From the IMG/VR virus record IMGVR_UViG_3300012665_000623, positions 1-49,099 of that record: a stretch of 49,099 bases of DNA; one strand, written 5' to 3'. How positions within the stretch are numbered: position 1 is the stretch's first letter; every line of letters starts with the position of its first letter. Positions 27,901 to 36,517 of the stretch are shown piece after piece. Origin of the DNA: a virus (Duplodnaviria > Caudoviricetes). A program made the position numbers and the translations under genes. The notes under the pieces are model-generated. The model was not told the DNA's origin and ran no database searches. It saw only the letters and a program-made list of their open reading frames with translations.

Positions 27901-30900
27901 AGAGATTTTGTTTCAATTACAAGATTAGATGATCCTATTAATGGTATATATGAAGTACTATCTATACCTTCTCCAGAAACATTTATTGTTAAAACAACAC
28001 TAAATGATTTGGCAGGCCCGTCTGAAGTGTTAAATGGTAAAATTTATACTTTTAAATCTAGTAGATTTGCCACAAAAGATGATTTATCTAATTTAAGCGG
28101 TTTAGCAAGATGGCAGAATTGTGAATTTGTCTGGGTTGATGATGATGGAGATGGCACTTGGGCAGTATACGAAAAAGAAGATTCACTTGAAGCACACCCG
28201 TTGCGTCCTTATGTCAACATTGAAGAAGAAAACTTTGGACACACTGTTGTAGTTGGGAAACATTCTAAAAATATTATTGTAAGCGCAACTAACTTAGAAA
28301 AAGGTCGAGTTTACTTATATAATAGAACAACTAAAGGAACTGAGGATTTAAACATTATACAAAGTTATCTGTTTGAGGATAACGAGTCAGATCTTTTAAG
28401 CATACAAGATCAATTTGACAACCAATTAATTCCTGAAATTAAACGATTACATGGTTTTAGTTTAGACATTTGGGAAAACGAATCATTAACAACGTGTTAT
28501 ATTGTATCTGGAGCACCAGGAACTTCAAACGCAAAATGGAAACGTCCATCAGTAAATGATAATACTGATTTAAAATACTTAGGGTTCAATTATAATATTA
28601 GTACCTATCTTGAAGAAGGTGCAATTAAAATTAGTAAATTTGATCCTACTACTGGCCTGTATGTAAAAGACATAGTTGTAGCAAGCCCTGTTGCTGAAGC
28701 CAACGCCCGTTTTGGACACGATGTTAAATTTGTTGGAAATGCAAAACCAACTTTATTTGTCAGCGCACCTGGACAAGATAATGGTACTGGCGAAATATTC
28801 ATATTTGAGTTAGATCAAAACAATGCTTGGTCAGTTTATAAAAACAATAGTCAAGCATATAGATTAAGATCTGAATTGCCTTCAATAAACAATAATGCAA
28901 ATTTTGGTTGGGACATAGTAGCAAGTGCTGATGGAAAAACTGTTGTTGTTTCTGCTCCAGGATTTGTGTATAACAATACATCAATACATACTGGTGCAGT
29001 ATTTGTTTTTTCTAAAGATGGATCAACAAATAATTATTCATTATCTCAAACTATCAAAGCTGACGACTATTTACAGCCATCTGATATTAGTTTAAAAGGT
29101 GTGCAAAAAATCTACTCAAATCTTGAAGTCATTACTCAGTTTGATGCACCTACCAACAGTTTGATTAGAACAACAGGGAATTTTATAAGTGATGGTTTCA
29201 GAATTGGACAAAAAGTCAATGTAGCAGGCACGTTATCTAATGATGGTGACTACGTCATTGTTGAACTTTATCCGTTGAAAATGGTTTTTAATAGTATTAT
29301 TGGAGTCACAACTGAAGCAATTTCTGGAACTATGACCTTAACTGGTCAAGGGTCACGCAGAGATGATAGATTTGGCGATAGTATGGTAATGACAGCAGAT
29401 GGCACTACATTGATAGTATCAAGCGATCATGCATCAAGTGAAAAATTTGATTCTGGATTACTGTATGTCTTTAAGCTAACAGCTGGGCAATATACATTAA
29501 TTCAAACAATAGAATCTCCAACAGTTCAAACAGGTGAATTATTTGGAAGCAATATGAGTTTAAGTGATGACGGAGAATCATTGCTAGTAACTGCAATTGG
29601 TGCAGGACAAAGCCTTGCTATGTATTTTGATTCTTATACAAGCAGGCTCCCAAATTCAAATGAGTTATACGGATCAAATTATGTATTAGATCCAACATCT
29701 AGTTTACAGCCAATTAGAACAACATTTGATTCAAATAGTACTAACTTTGCCAGTACAAGTAGAAACTCTGGTGCGGTATACTTGTACCAAAAACTCAATG
29801 ACAAGTATGTATATGGTGAGTCTCTAACCAGTGGCGACAGTGCAGCCTTTGACGGATATGGTACCGGTTTATATACAGACGGTGTTTCGTATTTTGTTGG
29901 CAGTCCTAATTATGATTATGTACAAGATGGTGTAACTTATTCTAATTCAGGAACTGTGGTTATATTTGATAGAAAATACGAGGATCTAACAATTAATTCT
30001 TGGACTAAAGTTAGAGAACAGGACCAATTAATTGACGTTGAAAAAATTAAAAAAGTTATTACATATAATAACGTAGACAGCCAAATTATTGACCAATATG
30101 AAATTATTGATCCAGTTAAAGGTAAGATTCCAAGTACGATTGCAAATGAAATCAAGTATATGACTCCGTATGATCCAGCAACATACACTGTTGCTGTAAA
30201 TCCTACAAATAAAGTTAGAGTAGATAACAAAACTACATGGTGGGAATCACATGTTGGTGAGTTATGGTTTGACTTGAGTACTGTTAGATATACTTGGTAT
30301 GAACAAGGATCTTTAGAGTTTAGAAATAATAACTGGGGTAAATTATTCCCAGGGTCTACAATTGACATTTATGAATGGGTTAAGAGTGACTACAGACCTA
30401 GCGAGTGGAGCCAACTTGCTGATACAACAGAAGGGCTTGCCCTTGGTATTAGTGGCCAACCTAAATATCCAGACAATAGTGTTGTATCAGTTAATCAATA
30501 TTACGATCCGGTAATTAATGACTTTGTTAACGTATATTTCTTTTGGGTAAGAAATAAAGTTACATTGCCTGATTTAAGTTTTAGAAGTCTAAGTGCATTT
30601 GAATGTTCAAGAATAATTGAAGATCCAAAAGGACAAGGCATAAAATATGCGGCCTTCTTGGATACAAATGCAGTAAGTTTAGCTAACTCTAAAAAAACGC
30701 TTAATGCAGATAAGATCAATATTGATATTTTTTATGATACATCTGACATAGAAAATAATAGACATACTCAGTGGCAGTTAATTAACGAAAGCAATCCTTA
30801 TCTAAATATTGACTCAAGTTTTGAAGTTAAATTGTTTGATAGCTTGGTTGGCCAAGACAAGTTGGGCAACTTGGTACCAGATCCGCAATTAAGCCCAAAG

Positions 30901-33900
30901 GCAAAAACTGGCAACTTGTTTAGACCACGTCAAAGTTGGTTTAATAACAAAGACACTGCTCTTAAGGTATTGTTAAATTATACTAATAAAATTTTACTAC
31001 AAAATGATATTGTTGGAAAAGTTGATTTATCAAACTTAAACAAATATGATGTTGCACCAGAACTATATGTTGGTGCATACGATCAAATTGTAGATGTTTT
31101 AGAAGATATTGTTGGACTGGGAATTAACGGAAAGATTACTGCTGAATTATCAGCTGTGATTGTTAACGGAAGATTTGTTAGCGTTAGTATTGACGAACCA
31201 GGATATGGTTATAAAATTGCCCCAACTGTAAAAATTGTTGGTGATGGTGCAGGCGCGGTAATACAAACAGCAATTGATCAATTAGGTAGAGTAACAGGTG
31301 TAACAATTGTTAGACAGGGCTCTGGTTATCTTTCAGTTCCAGTTCTAAGAGTTAGACCATACGCAGTACTTGTTAACTTTGATTCAGAAATTAGTAAGTG
31401 GGCAATTTACTACTTAAATTCTACATCAAAAGAATTTGAAAGACATGTCAGTCAAAGACACGACGTTAGAAAATATTGGTCTTATGTTGATTGGAGAGAT
31501 GGATCCTTTAAAGAAGATACAAGCGTTAAATTTATTGTAAAGTACACTTCTGATTTAGAAACTGCACTATACGCTATAGATGATGTAATTGAAGTTGAAA
31601 ATCCAGGCGATGGAAAGAAAATTGTTGTTCAACGTGTTGCTGATGGAACAGGTAACATTTACAACAACTATAATTTAATCTATAGAGAAAAAGGAACAAT
31701 ACAGTTTAATAGCGCATTATATGATAGGGCATTATCTGGTATTGGATATGATACTGTTAGTAGATACGATCAAATGTCATTTGATGAATCAAATGCTATT
31801 GAAATTCGATTAGTTTTAGAAGCAATTAAAAATGATATTTTTGTCTTAGACCTTGCACACTATTGGTCAAAGTTCTTCTTTGTTGCTATTAGATATGTAT
31901 TAAGTGAACAGTTGTTTGTTGACTGGGTATATAAAACTAGTTTTGTAACACCGTTTATATCTTCAGGCAACTTGGATCAACGTCCAGTATATCGTGTTAA
32001 TGACTTTGGTTATGTTGAAGAATTTATCAAAGAAATTAAACCATTTAGAACTAAGTTAAGAGACATCACAATAAATTATTCTTCTATTGAAAATTTAGGT
32101 TTAGGCGCCACGGACTTTGATTTACCATCTTATGTTGATCCTGTCACAGGAGTTGTTTCAGTACCAAACGAAGTCACAACAAAAACAAAGTATCCATACA
32201 AACATTGGGATTTACACCACACATACGGAATTGAATCTATCACTGTTAATAATCCAGGTGCAAATTATAGAATTGCACCAATTGTAACTATTGTAGGAAA
32301 TGGGACAGGTGCTAAAGCAAGTGCATTTATTATTGAAGGTAAAGTTACAAGAATCACAGTTACAGATCCTGGAACTGGATATACTGAAACACCAGAAATT
32401 ATTCTAACTGGTGGTGGAAACTATACAAGTAATTTTATACGAGCAACTGCTTATCCAAATCTTTTTAATAAAAAGGTTAGATCAAATTCAATTAGTATGA
32501 AGTTTGATAGAACTTCAGAATATGGATTATATACTGGTGAAAGATTATCAAGAAACTATGTTACTAATGGTTCAACATTATTTTATGTTTTAGCATATCC
32601 GGTTGATAGTGATGATACCAACTATCCAGCTTTACAAGATGAAAACGAAATTCGTCTATATCTAAATGATGCAGAAATTCCTAAAGAAAATTATCGAATT
32701 ACATTTAGAGACGATATGTCTACAGTAATTGGTTTAAATGTTGCTTTACCTAAGGATCAACAGTTAAGAATTAGCTACATTAAAAATTCTTTATACACTT
32801 TAGATACTTTTTATCAACTAGAAGCAAGTTCTTTAATAGACACATTTAAATTAACATTTGCTCCTGAATTAGATAAGAAAAAAATTACAATTAAAATTGT
32901 GAATACAATTACTGGCGGCGGCACTGATGTTCCTGTTAGTGACTACATTGTACAATTGAAGCAAATATCTGATGATTATAGAAAATATGTAGGGTATATT
33001 AAATTTAAAAATCCGCCATCAGTTGGTTCAAAAATTACAATTCAATATTCTAAAAATATTAATATACAAAATTCTGTTGATAGAGTTATCAATTATTATA
33101 TGCCTACTTTAGGCATGCCTGGAAAAGACATTGCGCAATTAATGAAAGGTGTTGAATTTGGTGGAGTAGAAATTCAAGGCCTTAATTTTAGTGTAAGTGC
33201 TGGTTGGGATGGACTTCCTTGGTTTGGCCAAGGTTGGGACACATACATTAATGAAAATCAAGACTTGTTAGTAATAAGCAACGGGGTGACATCTAGATAT
33301 CATCTTGGTTATGTGCCAATGGCAAATACTGCTATTAACGTGTATTTTGATAATGTGCGTGTTGATGATGAAAACTTTGGCACTGCAAATCAACTGAATG
33401 AAAATGCTTTATTTGAAACCATCTATCCAGACGGAATTAGTGACCATGTTGATTTGCCAGTAGTTCCTTCTAGTGGTGTAAAAATTGCTGTTAGATTGTC
33501 AATTAGTGACGGTGTAATCATGCCAAGCGACGATAGTGTATTGGACACCAATTTAAGTGGTGGCGATTTTACAACATATCTTGATGCTGGTACTACTCGA
33601 CTTAAGACAGCTAGTGGTATAAAAGCAGACGACATTGCAGTTGACGGCGGTGAATTTATATCTGTTGAACACAGTCCCGCTACTGAAGAATTAGTCAAAG
33701 GTGAGATTTTTGATACAGTAAGTATTTCAGTGTTTAACTCTCCTAGCGTCGGAAGTAATTTAATTACAACTAACCAATTTATTGCTGATGGTTCAACTAG
33801 ACAATTTACTGTAGACAAAATATTAGTAAGTTTTGACCAGCTAGATGTTTATATTGGTAACGCATTGGCAAAATACAATACTGATTATACAGTAACACAA

Positions 33901-36516
33901 AATGCTAATAATACTACAACTATTAATATTATTACAAGTGATTACGGATTTGGAGACGTTGAAAATATTCGCATCACTGCTAACGGGTATAGATCAGACA
34001 TTACAGGATATAATACTTCAATTGCTGGATTAACTTCTGATATTGATCAATTGACTGGGGAAATTCTTCAATTAGATGCACAAATTCAAAGTGCAACTGA
34101 ATCTTTAGACTACTGGATTGCTTACCAAGCCTTAGATCCAAGTCAAGCATCATTCCGACAATTTATGATTAATCAGTTTACTAATTTGATTAATCAATTG
34201 ACGCAACAGAGATTGATCAAAGTTGCATCAAGAACAACTAAACAAGGTAGTTTAGATACTGCAATTTCTGGCAAAACTTCGACTGAAATTTTGTTAGAAA
34301 ATTTAAGAATTGTTGACATTGTAATAACTGTTCAAACTATTGGTATTGGTGGTTCAGATATATTATACAAGCACACTTATATTGCAACTGCTGACGATGA
34401 AACTGCTTCTAATATTGATATTATTAGCCCTGTCAAATTTACTGATGTTGGAAGTTTTTACGTCACTGTTGCTGGTGAAGTAATTGCTGATGCTAATATT
34501 AACAAATTTAATGCAAGTAAGTTGAAAAAATTTGCTGGCAAATCAAATAGAGCAAAGGTATCTTTAAATAATTCATTATTGGGCATTACTGAAGGAATGG
34601 CAATTACACTAATGATGTTTGCTTCTAAAGTAAAGAGCTATAGTGAAAAGTATAATCAAGAAATTACTGTTGACACAAGTACAACATATCCACTTGCTCG
34701 TCCACCTGGCAATATTGCACCACTTCATGTAATGGCAATAGTGTCAAGAGATGGTCTGCGTTTGTTACCTCCTGAAACAGAATACTACGATGTTACGCAA
34801 AATGAACAAGTATTTTCTATAGGAGAAAATATTCCGTACATAACAAGAACGCTTTCTAATGCAGATATTGAAGTTTATTTAAATGGTAAAATTTTAATTG
34901 CTATTAGAGATTACAATTTTGATAATACAACAAATACTGTGACAATGAATTCTGGAGTTGCACAAACTGGAGATGTTGTTGCTATTACAGTATTAAAAAA
35001 TGCAAATTATACAATTCAAAGTAATTCAATAACATTTAATTCATCTGCTAATTTACAAGCAGGACAAAAAATTACAGTTACTACATATACTAATCATGAT
35101 ACCAATTTAATGAGAAGAGAAATATTTGAAGGTAATTTAAAGAACGAATTTAAATTAAGTAGACCTGTGTTTAATATTAATAATATTTGGATTGATTTAA
35201 ACGGCCAACCTTTAACTCCTAACTTTGATTTTAGATTATCTCCAGATGGTTATTATGTAAACATATCGAAAAGATTCACAGTTAGAACTCCAACATGGCA
35301 ACCACTAACGGTTTACACTGTTACTCCTACAAGTGCTCCAATCTATGTACTATATAGTAACAAAATCTATATATGTACAGAGTCACATTTATCAACTGGG
35401 TCTATTGATACAACTAAATTCCAAGAAGTTCCTTACGATACTCCTGGAGCAAATAGTTGGATACCTAAAGATGATAGAATAGTAGTTACAAGTATTAGTG
35501 ATATTATTAGTACAGATTCAATTGCTTATAGAATTTTTAAAGACATGAGCAATAAACAACAATATAAGAGAATTAGTACTCAAGATAGTACTGTATTAAC
35601 TACTGAATTGTTAATCACTGATTTAGAAATTAATGTTGCTAATGCAAGTATTTTTGGAACAGTAATTGAAAAATCTAACAAGCCTAAAGTCATGTTTATT
35701 GGCGGAGAAAGGATTGAATTTTTCTCTGTTAAAGAAAATACATTAGGATTAATTACACGTGGTACTAGAGGAACTGGACCAAAAACAGCTTACCCAGTTG
35801 GCACTAGAGTTTACAGTGGTGGCGATGATCAATCAATTCCATATCAAGATGGTATGATTACACAGACAGTGTTAACCCCATCTAACTATAGATATAATGA
35901 TGGAAGTTCTACGTATGAACAACTAACTGCTCCAGATGTTTGGACTCCTGTTGCAAATAATTTTGCAACCTATATCTTAGAGAAGTTTAATTTTAGTTCT
36001 ACTGTGAACTACGAAGATCAAGTTAGTTTGTATATGGCTGGAAAGATGCTGATGAAACCAGCTAAATCCAATAACCCATTAATCAAACACGATTTTGCAA
36101 TTACATATGATTCTAACGAAGTAAACAGTTTAGGGGAAACTGGCGACATAGTAGTGTCTCCAGATTTTACAATTGATAAAGTTGGAAACAATTATGTATT
36201 AACAATCAACCCAGATACAATATTGCGTGATATTGAAGGAAATCTTGTTTCTAATTTACAAATCAAGATAATGCAAAAAATTGGTAAAATCTGGTACAGC
36301 ACTAATAGTGAAGTAACCCTGCAACAGCAAACTACTATACAAGGAAAATTCCTTCAAGAGTATCCTGCAGAACTTCCAGATAAGTATTACTATGGAATTA
36401 CTGAAATTCAAGATAATTCTCTAATCACAGATGATTTATTCAATGTACCATACGTTACTGACGAATCCGGTGGTGTAATAACTGATGAAGATGGAAATCC
36501 ATTGGAGATAGGATAA
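21997..36516 (+). CDS. Giant multidomain baseplate/virion structural protein (gp7 position), 4839 aa
   Basis: Uninterrupted 14.5-kb ORF after gp6; FG-GAP-like repeats, CBM5/12-like W...Y..GDVVKY motif, G.GY beta repeats, YINDQ...G.DY.F repeats, acidic C-terminus. Confidence 0.75.
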   Translation: MSKRKTVNFLPVHFRTDANERFFSGTLDQLIQQPSLKKIDGFIGSKFVKNYNPATDSYLNETTGIREQYELEPSIVLRNSVTEQTEFTKNYEDILNAISYFGADTSNQDSTFKQQSYAWTPYINWDKFVNYRNYIWVPNGPETITVTGPELEIASTIKVKIVTDEMGSYWNFSTDGVAYNPTLTLYRGLNYIFEVDTVDQPFYIKTRRTTGSSNILPGVLNNGVTKGSVVFQIQESTPGTLFYLSGNDPTIFGKFLIRDLVESTQLDVENEIIGKKTYSFGNGVPLSNGMHITFNGNITPESYKGKTYLVEGVGSSITLIDVEQLVTIENYGSIVDTSFDQFSFDELPFDSVTNYPLTPDYITINSASKDKNAWSRYNRWVHIDVLNVSAELNGTHAEIDFKNRAQRPIIEFNPNIKLFNFGITAKNYVNYLDTSVTDVFSTIEGSRGFYVDGQSLQEGNRVIFLADTDADVKNKTYVVRYLDINGVQKIHLEEDVDAVPNEGDSVLIIAGTANGRKTFHFKDGNWIKSQAKLGVNQAPLFDVFDKNAISYSDELEYKNTNFNGNTVFSYQMGSGVIDAVLGFPVVYNNISNVGAYMFEMSLFSQSNTYITNDTTIEIASKDGFLLIDNVYHNGWTKCNEESKQQILELKTAAGGESFVEITSANILTPLESFTVYKNGTKVPLTEYNITKDTEYDKIYLNFTDNLVENDIINIKVQPDYVKTEFGQYETPTNLTNNPLNEYASALSYAEILDHVNSIIANAPAFDNLRDTVDLEQYGRRFVQHEGLISLAGLFLTEKEYNIINSLRWSGLEYQKFKISIIQRFNELSNYLKVSDALDNILIDMSKENNVNTPFYFSDMLPFGLNRKIYSYTVKNIEVDSYALGTEPFNNTVLSNQAVLVYINDQQLTYGLDYVFDTVNPLVIFSKTLNLNDVIDIKTYSNTAGACMPPSPTKLGLYPAFRPTKFIDNTYLNPVEVIQGHDGSITVAYGDARDELILELETRIFNNLKTKYDISILDTNSILPGRFRKNSHTLSQINQTLGEEFLRWAGFYNIDYVTNDNAQYESVFGYNFSTQADTLDGNLVTGSWKNIYRYYYDTDRPHTRPWEMLGFSEEPSWWESEYGTAPFTSGNSILWEDLEKGYIRQGERQGYDEFYARPGLLQIIPVDSYGDLLDPLQTNIIKTYNPAYVYKNWTFGEVGPAENAWRKSSLYPFALQISMALNLPAKYLTLGFDVSRNIKNLAGQLIYSDTNERIQPNNLKVFGTVVGGKSVLTAGYHNYIVEYARQQHQDAPTKIKDLLDRLAVSLTYKVGGFTSKDKFRIALETVTNYKAADTVFVPSENYEIILNVSTPIDTLAISAIIIERGDTGYIAKGYDKVNPYFKIYNPIHKPNDKIVTVGGVSENFIYWAENSNVLGGTVVANGNKYYRAISDHITKSSFDSTLYYPLPYLPTTGGVEVAVAASYEDAVTIIPYGQVLTSTQDVYDFVVGYGEWLTKQGFEFSTNSEELQIVANWDLAGKEFLYWSLQRWAVNSIISLSPFSNSLIYNSNKSVVDNIYDSFYEYSLLRVDGRTIDKTNVDISREGNKFTISTARSKTDGIFFAKINLVQKEHCLVMDNKTIFNDLIYSTTSGYRQNRFKVKGFITDNWEGDFYVPGFVYDDAMIDDWQINVDYHVGDVVKYQTKYYQAIKNILATDIFDYANWSLLGKKPVAQLLPNFEYKIQQFEDFYSLDNVSFDASQQKFAQKIIGYVPRNYLNSLIPDETSQYKFYQGFIREKGTALPLEKFSVANNSTLGSHIELQEEWAIRLGSFGAENSYKEIEFMLDQDQFSQDPQIFEFVVDSNKISNSPSYKLLPDQVLTKSIDYNGNPWPVLDVSTANGNGYNQYHKLPVAGYVRLDDVTYTGLYSNNILSLASNTALKEGDTIWIAMDTIGDWDVRRYTLSGASIINYGVDNNEQYISFNTDMPHGLAVRDFVSITRLDDPINGIYEVLSIPSPETFIVKTTLNDLAGPSEVLNGKIYTFKSSRFATKDDLSNLSGLARWQNCEFVWVDDDGDGTWAVYEKEDSLEAHPLRPYVNIEEENFGHTVVVGKHSKNIIVSATNLEKGRVYLYNRTTKGTEDLNIIQSYLFEDNESDLLSIQDQFDNQLIPEIKRLHGFSLDIWENESLTTCYIVSGAPGTSNAKWKRPSVNDNTDLKYLGFNYNISTYLEEGAIKISKFDPTTGLYVKDIVVASPVAEANARFGHDVKFVGNAKPTLFVSAPGQDNGTGEIFIFELDQNNAWSVYKNNSQAYRLRSELPSINNNANFGWDIVASADGKTVVVSAPGFVYNNTSIHTGAVFVFSKDGSTNNYSLSQTIKADDYLQPSDISLKGVQKIYSNLEVITQFDAPTNSLIRTTGNFISDGFRIGQKVNVAGTLSNDGDYVIVELYPLKMVFNSIIGVTTEAISGTMTLTGQGSRRDDRFGDSMVMTADGTTLIVSSDHASSEKFDSGLLYVFKLTAGQYTLIQTIESPTVQTGELFGSNMSLSDDGESLLVTAIGAGQSLAMYFDSYTSRLPNSNELYGSNYVLDPTSSLQPIRTTFDSNSTNFASTSRNSGAVYLYQKLNDKYVYGESLTSGDSAAFDGYGTGLYTDGVSYFVGSPNYDYVQDGVTYSNSGTVVIFDRKYEDLTINSWTKVREQDQLIDVEKIKKVITYNNVDSQIIDQYEIIDPVKGKIPSTIANEIKYMTPYDPATYTVAVNPTNKVRVDNKTTWWESHVGELWFDLSTVRYTWYEQGSLEFRNNNWGKLFPGSTIDIYEWVKSDYRPSEWSQLADTTEGLALGISGQPKYPDNSVVSVNQYYDPVINDFVNVYFFWVRNKVTLPDLSFRSLSAFECSRIIEDPKGQGIKYAAFLDTNAVSLANSKKTLNADKINIDIFYDTSDIENNRHTQWQLINESNPYLNIDSSFEVKLFDSLVGQDKLGNLVPDPQLSPKAKTGNLFRPRQSWFNNKDTALKVLLNYTNKILLQNDIVGKVDLSNLNKYDVAPELYVGAYDQIVDVLEDIVGLGINGKITAELSAVIVNGRFVSVSIDEPGYGYKIAPTVKIVGDGAGAVIQTAIDQLGRVTGVTIVRQGSGYLSVPVLRVRPYAVLVNFDSEISKWAIYYLNSTSKEFERHVSQRHDVRKYWSYVDWRDGSFKEDTSVKFIVKYTSDLETALYAIDDVIEVENPGDGKKIVVQRVADGTGNIYNNYNLIYREKGTIQFNSALYDRALSGIGYDTVSRYDQMSFDESNAIEIRLVLEAIKNDIFVLDLAHYWSKFFFVAIRYVLSEQLFVDWVYKTSFVTPFISSGNLDQRPVYRVNDFGYVEEFIKEIKPFRTKLRDITINYSSIENLGLGATDFDLPSYVDPVTGVVSVPNEVTTKTKYPYKHWDLHHTYGIESITVNNPGANYRIAPIVTIVGNGTGAKASAFIIEGKVTRITVTDPGTGYTETPEIILTGGGNYTSNFIRATAYPNLFNKKVRSNSISMKFDRTSEYGLYTGERLSRNYVTNGSTLFYVLAYPVDSDDTNYPALQDENEIRLYLNDAEIPKENYRITFRDDMSTVIGLNVALPKDQQLRISYIKNSLYTLDTFYQLEASSLIDTFKLTFAPELDKKKITIKIVNTITGGGTDVPVSDYIVQLKQISDDYRKYVGYIKFKNPPSVGSKITIQYSKNINIQNSVDRVINYYMPTLGMPGKDIAQLMKGVEFGGVEIQGLNFSVSAGWDGLPWFGQGWDTYINENQDLLVISNGVTSRYHLGYVPMANTAINVYFDNVRVDDENFGTANQLNENALFETIYPDGISDHVDLPVVPSSGVKIAVRLSISDGVIMPSDDSVLDTNLSGGDFTTYLDAGTTRLKTASGIKADDIAVDGGEFISVEHSPATEELVKGEIFDTVSISVFNSPSVGSNLITTNQFIADGSTRQFTVDKILVSFDQLDVYIGNALAKYNTDYTVTQNANNTTTINIITSDYGFGDVENIRITANGYRSDITGYNTSIAGLTSDIDQLTGEILQLDAQIQSATESLDYWIAYQALDPSQASFRQFMINQFTNLINQLTQQRLIKVASRTTKQGSLDTAISGKTSTEILLENLRIVDIVITVQTIGIGGSDILYKHTYIATADDETASNIDIISPVKFTDVGSFYVTVAGEVIADANINKFNASKLKKFAGKSNRAKVSLNNSLLGITEGMAITLMMFASKVKSYSEKYNQEITVDTSTTYPLARPPGNIAPLHVMAIVSRDGLRLLPPETEYYDVTQNEQVFSIGENIPYITRTLSNADIEVYLNGKILIAIRDYNFDNTTNTVTMNSGVAQTGDVVAITVLKNANYTIQSNSITFNSSANLQAGQKITVTTYTNHDTNLMRREIFEGNLKNEFKLSRPVFNINNIWIDLNGQPLTPNFDFRLSPDGYYVNISKRFTVRTPTWQPLTVYTVTPTSAPIYVLYSNKIYICTESHLSTGSIDTTKFQEVPYDTPGANSWIPKDDRIVVTSISDIISTDSIAYRIFKDMSNKQQYKRISTQDSTVLTTELLITDLEINVANASIFGTVIEKSNKPKVMFIGGERIEFFSVKENTLGLITRGTRGTGPKTAYPVGTRVYSGGDDQSIPYQDGMITQTVLTPSNYRYNDGSSTYEQLTAPDVWTPVANNFATYILEKFNFSSTVNYEDQVSLYMAGKMLMKPAKSNNPLIKHDFAITYDSNEVNSLGETGDIVVSPDFTIDKVGNNYVLTINPDTILRDIEGNLVSNLQIKIMQKIGKIWYSTNSEVTLQQQTTIQGKFLQEYPAELPDKYYYGITEIQDNSLITDDLFNVPYVTDESGGVITDEDGNPLEIG

Positions 36517-36517
36517 A

